Shown: piece by piece, positions 24,901 to 37,371 of the stretch
How positions within the stretch are numbered: the stretch's first letter is position 1
Layout: each line of letters begins with the position of its first letter
NCBI RefSeq assembly: GCF_006345805.1
Contig: NC_043011.1
Location: 6,510,001-6,574,000 of the forward strand
Reading direction: 5' to 3'
Length of the DNA stretch: 64,000 nt
Origin: Octopus sinensis
Lineage: Eukaryota
The notes under the pieces: model-generated
Databases searched by the model: none
The model's input: only the letters and a program-made list of their open reading frames with translations
What the model was told of the DNA's origin: nothing
Position numbers and translations under genes: made by a program

Positions 24901-27900
24901 GGGGGTAGATATAACAGTGATACAGGAATAACAAAATTGGGGATCGGTATAGTTAAGGAATGATAGAATGTAGGAATAGGTGGATAGAGAAATACAAGAA
25001 TAAAAGAATGAGAAAGTTTTGAGTAAAGGAACACCGCGTACACACACACACACACACACTGATATATTGGGTCATCTCACAAATGCAGTTTTTTATACTT
25101 CTTTTATTTTCAAAATTAAGATAAACAAAGTTCTTTTTTAATCTAAAATATACTCTCCTTCATTTTCTACAATGCTCTTCCATCTATCTGGTAGACTTGT
25201 AAGGCCCCTCTTCCAAAATTCTCTTGTCCGTGATGAAAAATACTCCTCCAGTACTGTTCTGGCCTTGTCTACAGAGTTCATATTTTTTCCATTCAAATGA
25301 TTTTGACTGCAGAATAAATTATAATCAGATGGGGCAATGTCTGGCGAACATGATGGGTGAGGCATCGTTTCCCATTTAAACTGCTCCAGCCTTTGGAATG
25401 TCATCCTTGCTGCATGTGGTCAAACATTATCCTGATGGAAGAACACCTTTTATCTTGAAACCAAAGATGGTCATTAACCTTCTAGCGCTGACTTAAGCCA
25501 CTCAAGCCGCTCACAATAGATCTCCTTTTTTTTTATCGTTTGGTTTGGATCTAAAAGTTCAAAGTGGACTAAACCTTTCATATCCCACCAAACAGACAAC
25601 AACACTTTACGTGGATGAAGACCTTTAGCCTGGAGTGCCGGTGTTTCTTCTTTCCCTACTCACTGTCTTTGGCACTTGACGTTTTTATAGAGAACCCATT
25701 TCTTGTCACCAGTCACTGTTTGATCCAAAAAAAGTTCATTTGTGAAATGTGACAACAAAGAAGAGTAGACATTCACTCTCTGCATGCAATTAGACTTGGA
25801 AAGTTTGTAAGGAACCCATCGACCCAATTTGCTGACATTTTCTGATGGCATGCAGATGTCGATGGATGGTTGAATGACCAAATCTAAGCTTCTCTGCTAG
25901 TTCCTCAACAATTACAATGGGATTTTGTTCCACCAGGGTTTGCGGAATGTCCTCGTTGAGCTCTACAGATCTTCCAGGAAAAGGCTCGTCTTCTAGGTTG
26001 TAGTTTCTGGGTCCGCTGTTGACACTGGCTTATACTTATTGTCCGATCCCTGTATACTGCATTAATATTCCTTGCACTCTCCGTTGTGTTGTTGCCCTTA
26101 TTGAACTCATAAAGCAAAATATGCTGAATATCATACTTTGCCACTTCCATTATAGCTTTGCAAAAAAAATAACTATCAAAATCGAACTGCACTCTTCAAA
26201 ACTTGCACTAAGAATAAGTACAAGGTAAAATTACTACCTGCTTTTATAGTAAGTTGATGCAGGTATTTTCTCCTGTCCTCGTCTGACTTTTAGTTCATGC
26301 AATTGAAAAAGAACCCTGTTATTTATGGGATGACCCAATACATAACTACCAATCATTCTCTGACACATCAACAAGAAAATAACGTTTAGTTGTCATCGTC
26401 ATGTTAAATGATGACGGTGATGATAAAACTTTATTTTCTAGTTAGTGTGTCAGAGAACGATGGGCAGTGGCCATGATTCCTTTCCAGAGCCTCCAAGACT
26501 GAAAGGAGGAAGTTTTCAGAGAAGAAGAGGTCTGGCAATTAGAGTTGCAACAGAATGGACACTACTTTGGGTATGCAAAGGCCACAGGGGTGGGGTGGCG
26601 GGTATAACAGTCCTTCCGACATGTCTACCATACATCTGTTAATCCATGATGGTTTCGGATAACCTAGGGTAATGCTAAAAGCATGGAGCTGCAATGCAGA
26701 CATCTTAACCACATGGAACACAGTGTGTGAGTGTTGTGACTGAGAGAGTCAGATGAAGAGATGGACACGAGAGAAATGTTGAAAGGTAAAAAGGCTGAAG
26801 AGACTCACTTGTAGCAGAGCAAAATTGGTGAGATGATAACAATGGACGATGGTGTGGTTCCTCTGATGACCGACAATGCTGCAACCGTCTGTACGCCATT
26901 CACCCAAACCATCTGGCAAAAGAAACAGAGAATTCATCAGATATCATTGTCTTGGTTACTGAGCAACAACAGATCACACACACACACACACACAAATAAG
27001 AAGAGCAAAAATATATTTAGTACATGTTTATTGTTCGTTCCAGAACCATTCCATTTCTGATGCTGTTGCATATAAGTGATTCCACGTCAAAAGTTGCGTC
27101 ATATTTGCAGGTAATTCTACTGGAATGGTATTTTATCAAACTACCTATTTCTTTACTACCCACAAGGGGCTGAACACAGAGGGGACAAACAAGGACAGAC
27201 AAACGAATTAAGTCGATCACATCGACCCCAGTGCGTAACTGGTACTTAACTTATCAACCCCGAAAGGATGAAAGGCAAAGTCGACCTCGGCGGAATTTGA
27301 ACTCAGAACGTAACGGCAGACGAAATACTGTGAAGCATTTCGCCTGGCGTGCTAACGATTCTGCCAGCTCGCCGCCTTATATCAAACTTTATCAAACTAC
27401 CATTGACACGTGTGTTCTTACACTGTGCACTTGTCTTTTTTGCTTTCTTATCAAAAACTTTTATCCACCCAACCAGAGATAGGTATGTAAGAACTTACTA
27501 TTACTATAGAAGTCCCAATAAACAGCTTGTAATTTCTCCCGATCCACCGAGGGAGACGTGTGAAACACCAGAATCACAGGATCAGACAAGTTTGTTATAG
27601 AATAACCTGAAATGGAATGAAATATAGAGTACATATCATCAGTTCAGTTGTGAAAGATCAGAAAGCAAAAGGAGTTACAAACAATAAAGACTTGGCCATG
27701 AAAAAGACGCAAAAGATGCTTTTTAAGATACGTTTTTATCTGAAAATTAATTCGTTAAAATGCATTGGTTTCATTTTACGAGTGGTGAAGGGAGGTAATT
27801 CAAATATATGTAAGGGAGATAATTCTGGCCAACTTTCAGAGTAGACACAACGATAAGAAACAAAACGGCCAAGTTTAATTATGCAACGACAGAAATAAAC

Positions 27901-29897
27901 GTTACATTCATGCAGTTAAAGAAAAAAAGAAACAATTATTGGAAAAATAAAGCATTAACAATTAATAATTAATTTAAAGGAAATGTGAAACCAAAAATTA
28001 TTAATTAATTGAAAGTAGAAAAACTGGGGGAGGGGGGAGGTGGAAAAAAGTATAAAGCAGGGGAGATAACTCATCTACCTGGTTATTTTACCAAGGGAAA
28101 CAACTCTAGCTTACAGATTTTTTCAGTTTCGTTGTCAACAAGATTTTATACACATCAGTTGGTGTGAATGGTTCTACAGCTTGGTGTCCGGCCTTTCTAA
28201 AAACGATTACCAGATATGAAACAACGAAGGAGTCTCTAAGCTAGAAATAGCAGTCAAACTCGCTTAAATCATACCATACCATTTTAGAAAAGAATACATT
28301 CAATGATGGCCATGATTAGAAAGTCTTTTGGCAATTAAGGTCTGACCTAAGCTTAAACATCGGCTGATGGACGAATTGTCGGTAATCATGTGGTGGTGGT
28401 GGTGGGGCATAAGGAGAGTTAGGTACCTTGCTCAAAGAGGGGCTTTACAAGGATCACAGACATAAGACCCTCTTCTGTGTCCCAGGGCCAACACAATGAC
28501 AATAAGGAGAGGTCAATTCAAACCCATGTGATCAACATTACATCCATCATCTCACAAATGACGGACGGACAGACTTGCCTGTGTAGCTGATGTTCTCGAC
28601 GATGAGAACAAAAGAAAAGTTGACCTCCCCCACCCCCGACCCCTTCACAAGGCCAACACATACTTACCAACGCTGCCAGAGATAATCTTCGATGCCACCT
28701 TCCATTTTTTCCCTTCCAGTTTCGGGTCCCCTAATTTGATGATTGGAAATCCAGATGGATCCATGATTGATGCAAACTGCAATCCGATAGTTGATGATTT
28801 ACTGAGCTGTAAATCCGAGTTGTGGAATAAAGTTTCAGGCATATAAATGGCTGATATGGTGTCCTACAAATAAACAACAAAGTAAACGTGCTTATCAATA
28901 ATACATCCTTTTCAAACTTACACAAGTCTTACACAAATATATTAGTTATTATTATTATTATTATTAATATCAATAATATAATCCATGTCATAGTACCTTC
29001 CTAGTTGATTCTATATAACTAGTGAGGCCATCTCCAGGTCGGCAGCGGAAGCGAACATCGGTATAGGGAAGAGTTAAGGTAGGATTGCCTCGCAGAAAGC
29101 AAGACATTCCTTTATAGTTTGCCATGGTTTCATTGAAAGCTTCAACATAAATGTTCTGTGTACGGCCGCTCTTGTGACTGTTGCTTTGGAGCACATATTT
29201 CGTCATCACTTCAAGACTTTTCATGATTCTGCAGAAGAAACAGAAGCAAAAGAGAAGGAAATATGTGAGGTCAATGGTAAAAGGGAGCAAGAAGAAAGGT
29301 GAGAAGAAAAAAAGGGGGATTAAGGGGTTAATAGGTCAATGAAGCTTAGTAAAAATTACAGTAATGTTTGGGAATAGCTAAATAGCAAATTACAGTTGCT
29401 TTATCAATGGATGAGTTATTAGGATTAGTTATTTATCATCATCTTTATTGGTAGAAATTGTTAAGAGGATCAAACAAAACATTTTGCAAAGTTTGTTTCA
29501 GCTCTTTATAATCTGAGTTCAAATCCTGCTGAGATCAGCTTTACTTTTCTTCCTTTTGGTGCCAACAAAATAAAGGACCAGTGAAGTACTGGTGTCGATG
29601 GTATCAACTGCCCCTTACCCAACAAATCATCAGTTTTGTGCCTAAATCAGAAACCATTATTATTATTATTATTATTATTATTATAAGGCTATGAGTCAGC
29701 AGGTTCATTACAGTATCAGACAAAATGCTTGGTGGTTATTTCTTTCAGCTCTCTACATCCAGGTTTCAAATTCCATTGAGGTCAGCTTTGCCTTTTGTCT
29801 TTTGCTTGTCCATACAAGAACCAGTTGAACCCCAGGGTCAATTATTCCCTCCCCTCAAAATCTCAAACCTTGTTCCTATACTACAAAGGATTATTAC

Positions 29898-29928
<31 letters not shown>

Positions 29929-30597
29929 TGGAAGAATTCGCAGAGCAATGGGACGAAGTGCCTTGTGGTATTTAGTTTTAGATTGTTCCGAGTTCAAATT
30001 TTGCCAAGGTCAACTGTTTTCCATCCTTCTGGGGTTTAAGGAATAAAATTCCTGTTAAATACCGGGGAGGTCAAATATAATCTGCTATACCAATGCCCTT
30101 CAATCTGTGATCCTTGTACCTTTTGGTAACAGTCTTTGTGAGACTGTTAAAGGTGTCGAAATGAAAGTTTAAGAAGCTATGCTAGGTTTACTGGTCACAA
30201 CAACAATTTGTTTAGAATTGATAAGAGTCGGGTGATTAAGGTGAGATCAAAGGTGAGAGGAATGATGAGGTACCTTGAACAGCTGTTGTTGTTCTGTTGG
30301 GCCCTGACCAGCAGCTTGTCATTAAGGTCAAGGATGTCACTGGCCGTATCCAGCATTATGTTAAATATCTGTCCACCCTGAAATGAAAGAAGAATATAAG
30401 AGATGAAACTATTTGGATTGGATCAAGCAATTGCTGTGTTAATTAATTTGTTGATTAGCAAGTTAATTAATATCTATAGTTAAGATACTATTTCAAATGA
30501 TGAAGTCTAGTTTTAACTCTTACTCCACACCTTTACTGACCTCCAGTCAATTATTTTTCACAAGACGGATTGTTCAGATAAGATTTTCTTCTTAAAC

Positions 30598-30680
<83 letters not shown>

Positions 30681-32314
30681 TGAGAGAGAGAGAATGAGAG
30701 AGAGACTTACTCCTTTGTGAGCATAAGGAGAGAGTTTACTGAGGCAAACAGCAACTAAAGTGACTTCAATTGAATGCTTAATTTTTCCTGAGTTGCCACT
30801 GAGAATGTCCCGTAGACCTCGAGCTTGGTCCAAAGCGTTCTTCTCATCCACACTTTTCTGAAAAACAAACGAAAGCAAAAATAAAATCAACAAACAACAA
30901 ATACCACAACAATAAAATGGAAGGTGGAAAAAAAAACTCACCTCGTCTCAGAGCAGGTCGCAGTTGATGCAGCAAAGACTTTGACACCAAAATAATAAAA
31001 AGGGTTCAGCGAAGAAAATAAAGAGTCTTTGCTACTAAGTGTCTCGTGAAGCTGTCATTGTTTTTAGTTTCAACAGATGGGTTTCAGCTCAAATCCCTCA
31101 GGAGGCAAAGACATCCGTGAAAAATTTGTCTTCCATTTCATGAAAAATGAAGAAACCCATCGAGCAGGTTTTTAATTCTGATGAGAAGGTCTAATTGCAA
31201 CCAACACAAACTGTACAGAGATTCAGAATGCAATGGCTGGAGACGTGCAGGTTGGCATTGATGCTGGCCTCTGTTCATCAGACTTTGTCTTCCCACAACT
31301 CATCTCTTTTGCACAGCGGCAGCAAGGACCAAGACGATGTACCCAGCATCTTGGAATATTGCTAAATTGGCAGAATTCTGTGCCATTTGGGCAAAATGGA
31401 CTGTGGTCTATTAACCATTGCATCTTTCAGATGTTTAGTGGTGGGTAAGAACGATAATATTCTTGGGGAGACTGAAGTCATTGACGAAGATCCACTGAGT
31501 GGCAAATTCCAGAGGATTATGGACAACTTTTAGACAAAACTCTGGTTTGACAGCACTGCTGGGAGCGCAACCAGTTTGGAATAAACTCTACAGAACTTTC
31601 TGGTCCCTTAATCGCAAAAGAACCATACATGTAAAACTTGTGCTGCAGATGAAACTGAACTTTTTGAGTTTTGTGTTTACAAAATAAATCAAATTATTTA
31701 ATGACTGATTAGCAATTAATTTACTTTTTGTAAAATACAAATTTGTAATTAGATTAAATTTTTGCTGGGTAAGTCTTTACACACCCTACTTCAACATCCC
31801 TACTGGTGAGCCCCTTTGCAGTCATTAACAGGGTTTCTTCTGATCCCTGGTTCCCTCCTGTCTCGTGTTTTTGCTAGAAAACATTGACATGTAGATTCTC
31901 AAGTTAGGTAATGGTAAAGGAACACAGTACTTCCCCTACATCACTTATATACATATATGTGTGTGTGTGTGTGTTATATATATATGGGGAAGCACTCCGT
32001 CGGCTACGACGACGAGGGTTCCGGTTGATCCGAATCAACGGAACAGCCTGCTCGTGAAATTAACGTGTAAGTGGCTGAGCACTCCACAGACACGTGTACC
32101 CTTAACGTAGTTCTCGGGGATATTCAGCGTGACACAGAGAGTGACAAGGCCGGCCCCTTGAAATACAGGTACAACAGAAACGGAAAGTAAGAGTGAGAGA
32201 AAGTTGTGGTGAAAGAGTACAGCAGGGATCACCACCATCCCCTGCCGAGCCTCGTGGAGCTTTTAGGTGTTTTCGCTCAATAATATATATATATATACAC
32301 ACATACACATGTAT

Positions 32315-32377
<63 letters not shown>

Positions 32378-33946
32378 TGAATGTATGTGAACAAAAGATA
32401 CTTACGGTTGCCAAGTTGCTGAGTTTCCGGGTTAGCTCGATCACATATTCACACCTGCTCACATCCAGATCTTGCCAGTGGCCATACTCATTGCAGAAAT
32501 ACGTGGCATATTGGTTCCTACCGAAGTTGCACAGCTGCTGCACCTGGATGCCGGTAACCGTCTTCTTCCACAGGTACATTCCCTTCGTGGTGCGGACACG
32601 TTCTCTGGAGCAGTATAAAGCATTGCTTGGTATAACTACCACGTTAACCGAGTCCGACACATTTCCACGAGGGGTGGTCACCTGACATTCCCAAACGCCC
32701 TGATGATTCTTATTAAGTTTCTCGATCACCAACCGGTTGATCATTATCTGTCGGTCAGGGATGTAAGTTTCATGTAAGAATATTCCAGCAGTGCGATTGG
32801 TATGCATGCGTTTTCCTTTGCGAACCCAAAACATTTCCGCTTCATCGTCAATTTTGAAAGCACGACATTCAAATGGCAGCTTGTCTCCTTCGAACACAAT
32901 TTGATTGGTTGAAGGTAGGAGTTCAAACACTGGGAGTTCCAGAGGACGTTCTGGAAAGAGGAAAATAACATTTAGAAAATACATAGATATATATATAAAC
33001 TAGCAGTATTGTCTGGTGTTGATCGGCTTTGTAAGGGAAAAGCATTTTTAGAGAGTTACTTCCCTTATATAAACCGAGCAAAAAATGCGAAAAAATTATG
33101 GTAAATTTTTTTTTAAATCATAGACTCATCGTAGACGTGTGCTAATACCCAGAAGGGCTCGATATGAATCACGACTATAAGATACCCGCTTTTGGTTAAA
33201 CTGCACCGCAAAATGTTGGAGTAGTTAGGAATCTAAATTGGAGGAGACAGACTCTCACACAACTTCAGTTTTATATATAAAGATATAAGCACAGGTGAGG
33301 CTGTGCAGTTACAAAGCTTACTTCCTAACCAGGGGGTCATGGTGTCTTGCACAGAAACTTTGGCATGTGTCTTTCACTATGGTCCCAGCAGACCAAAGTC
33401 TTGAGTGGAGATGTGGTAGACAGAAACTGTGAGGGAGCCCGTCCTATATATAGCCGCACCATACTAGTGTGATCACTGACCGATCGGCTAACTGGCTTCC
33501 GTGCCTTAAAAGGCACCATTCGAATGTGATCGTTACCAGTGTTGCCTTACTGGCACTTGAGCCCCATGGTAGTATGGTGTTAAGAGCACCATCCGAGTGT
33601 GATCATTGCCAGAGCAGCTAACCGGCCTCTGTGCCGGTGGCACGTAAAAGACACCATCCGAGCGTGACCGTTACCAGCATCGCCTTACTGGCACCTGTAC
33701 CGGTGGCATGTGTAAAAGATTCAAGTGAGGTCGTTGCCAGTACCGCCTGACTGGCCCCGTGCCAGTGGCACATAAAAGCACCCACTACACTCTCAGAGTG
33801 GTTGGCATTAGGAAGGGCATCCAGCTGTAGAAACTCTGCCAGATCAAGATTGAAGCCTGGTGCAGCCATCTGGTTCGCCAGCCCTCAGTCAAATTGTCCA
33901 ACCCATGCTAGCATGGAAAGCAGACGTTAAACGATGATGATGATGA

Positions 33947-34027
<81 letters not shown>

Positions 34028-35336
34028 TATCTATATATATATATCTATATATATGTATCTATATCTCTATCTATATATCTCTATCTATATATCTATCTAT
34101 ATATCTCTATCTATATATCTCTATCTATCTATCTATATCTATATATCTCTATCTATCTATCTATATATATATATATATATAGATATATATATATATAAGA
34201 AAGATAAATAGAGTGAGATAGATAGAGAGGAGAGAGATAGAGAGTGTGTGTGTGTGTATTTGACTTAACATTCCATAAAGGTTATAAAGGAGATTGTTCG
34301 TTTCCCAACTTCCATGGAGAAACATTATCATGCTTGCAAGCAGGTGAGGGTTGATGACAGAAAAGGCATCCTGCTATAGAAAATCTGCCTCAACAAAATT
34401 CCATCTGAATCCTGCAATTGTGGAAAACTGGATGTGAAATCCTAATGGCATATCAGAAATATTACTGATTATGGAACTAAGAGGAGGAATCTTGACAGAA
34501 AGCGCCTTACCACAATGGAGATCTTTTCTCTTCAGCTCTTTAATTGGTCGATCCTTAACATCAGACGGCATGGCACAGACTGTTGTGTCTTGGATCTTCA
34601 CACTGTTGTTCTTGGACCATTTGACAATCCATTGTAGGTGACAGTCACATCGTAAATGAGACGACTGGAAATCTCTAGAAAACAAAGACAAAAATACATT
34701 TCATTTGAGAAGTGTGTGCCCACGTATGTCTCGTATGTATGTATGTATGCATGTGTATGTGTGTATGTATGTATGTATGCATACATGTGTATATGTGTAT
34801 GTATGTGTGTGTGTATGTATGTATGTATGCATACATGTGTATATGTATGTATGTGTGTATGTATGTATGCATGTATGCATACATGTGTATGTGTGTATGT
34901 ATGTGTGTATGTGTGTACGTATGTATGTATGCATACATGTGTATATGTGTATGTATGTGTGTGTGTATGTATGTATGTATGTATGCATACATGTGTATAT
35001 GTATGTATGTGTGTATGTATGTATGTGTGTATGTATGCATGTATGTATGTGTGTATGTATGTATGTATGTGTGTATGTATGTATGTATGTGTATGTATGT
35101 ATGTATGTGTGTGTATGTATGTATATGTATTTGCATGTGTATAAAGTTGCTCTTGAGCACTACAGGTAACATGTAACAACCTGTTTTGTGTTTAAATATA
35201 TATACATGTGTGTGTAGGTGCATGTGTGTGTATATATATATATATATATATCTATATATCTCTATCTATCTATATCTATATATATATATATATCTATATA
35301 TATGTATCTATATCTCTATCTATATATCTCTATCTA

Positions 35337-35378
<42 letters not shown>

Positions 35379-37317
35379 AAAGATAAATAGAGTGAGATAG
35401 ATAGAGAGGAGAGAGATAGAGTGTGTGTGTGTGTGTATTTGACTTAATATCCATAAAGGTTATAAAGGAGATTGTTCGTTCCCAACTTCCATGGAGAAAC
35501 ATTATCATGCTTGCAAGCAGGTGAGGGTTGATGACAGAAAAGGCATCCTGCTATAGAAAATCTGCCTCAACAAAATTCCATCTGAATCCTGCAATTGTGG
35601 AAAACTGGATGTGAAATCCTAATGGCATATCAGAAATATTACTGATTATGGAACTAAGAGGAGGAATCTTGACAGAAAGCGCCTTACCACAATGGAGATC
35701 TTTTCTCTTCAGCTCTTTAATTGGTCGATCCTTAACATCAGACGGCATGGCACAGACTGTTGTGTCTTGGATCTTCACACTGTTGTTCTTGGACCATTTG
35801 ACAATCCATTGTAGGTGACAGTCACATCGTAAATGAGACGACTGGAAATCTCTAGAAAACAAAGACAAAATACATTTCATTTGAGAAGTGTGTGCCCACG
35901 TATGTCTCGTATGTATGTATGTATGTATGCATGCATACATGTGTATGTGTGTATGTGTGTGTGTATGTATGTATGTATGCATACATGTGTATATGTATGT
36001 ATGTGTGTATGTATGTATGCATGTATGCATACATGTGTATGTGTGTATGTGTGTGTATGTGTGTACGTATGTATGTATGCATACATGTGTATATGTGTAT
36101 GTATGTGTGTGTGTATGTATGTATGTATGTATGCATACATGTGTATATGTATGTATGTGTGTATGTATGTATGTGTGTATGTATGTATGTATGTGTGTGT
36201 ATGTATGCATGTATGTATGTGTGTATGTATGTATGTGTGTGTATGTATGCATGTATGTATGTGTGTATGTATGTATGTGTGTGTATGTATGTATGTATGT
36301 ATGTATGTATGTATGTATGTGTGTGTGTATGTATGTATATGTATTTGCATGTGTGTAAAGTTGCTCTTGAGCACTACAGGTAACATGTAACAACCTGTTT
36401 TGTGTTTAAATATATATACATGTGTGTGTAGGTGCATGTGTGTATATATATATATATATGAGAGAGGGAAAATACTCACATTCTCCGCAAAGAAGTCATA
36501 TTGGCAAAACTCCCTTCGGTAACTCCTGGTAACAAATTCTGGGAAAGGTCACTGCAACAGAGAAATTTTGGGAAAAACATAAGAAAAGTAATTTAATCTT
36601 TTGATAACAATGTTTACTTATCTTTGACACACACATTACATATATATATACACACATTGTATATATATATATATGTGTGTACTTAGGCATGTGTACTTAG
36701 CACTCAACTGTAGGGAAGTGAGACTTGGACGCCATGCACACGCCAAGAGCGTCACCTAAGCATCTTTCACCTGCGCTGCCTCCGGAAAATCCTTGGCATC
36801 AAATGGCACGATCATGTCCCCAACAGAGATGTCCTCAAGCAAGCACTCCTCACGCAAAGACGTATGAGATGGCTTGGACATGTTAGCCGTATGGAAGATG
36901 GCAGAATCCCCACGGAGAGCTTGCTAGAGGCACTAGGTCTGTGGGAAGACTGTTCTTACAATACAAGGATGTTTGCAAAAGTGACATGAATGCCTGTAAC
37001 ATCAATATTAGCAATAGGGAAGCAGTTGCCAGCAACCGTGGAGATTGGCGACGTACCGTAAAAGAGGGAACACAAAGAAATGACAAAGGGAGAGAGGAGA
37101 AATGGAAAGACAAGAAAAGACGTCAACAAGAAACTATGACATTACAACCAGCCAGGAAAAGTCTTCTCTACATTTGCAGCACCTGCCAGAGGGAGTGTTT
37201 GTCCAGGATAGGACTACACAGCCACAGCAGGAAATGTATCAGGACATGAAATGTAAAAGCTGGACTAGATTATTTTATGCGCAACTCCATTGTCTCCCAA
37301 GACAAAAAGGATGCCAA

Positions 37318-37371
<54 letters not shown>

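Larger units (their letters stand above)
33950..36460. repeat. Tandem duplication (about 1.2 kb x2) containing the LRRCT exon
   Basis: Unique anchors recur at offsets of 1177-1214 bp. Both units are bounded by TA/TATC and TATG microsatellites. Confidence 0.92.

Noticed and set aside
19570-27000. (TG)n tracts 60-170 nt upstream of several ADGRA acceptors as splicing regulators
   Set aside because: CA/TG microsatellites are ubiquitous in this window, so proximity is expected by chance.
32020-32110. Minus-strand ACACGUUAAU and CGUUGAUUCGGAUCA resembling pistol ribozyme sequences
   Set aside because: The second segment is a simple hairpin. The pistol pseudoknot pairing and P2/P3 arrangement could not be formed. 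It is part of a SINE 3' region.
34598-36479. Long ORFs of 150-280 aa (MYVCMYV / HTYIHT types). Similar ORFs at 49268-51221, 53375-53955, 58209-58785 and 62175-63133.
   Set aside because: They are translations of TA/TG/TATG microsatellites that lack stop codons. Only the embedded LRRCT exon is real.
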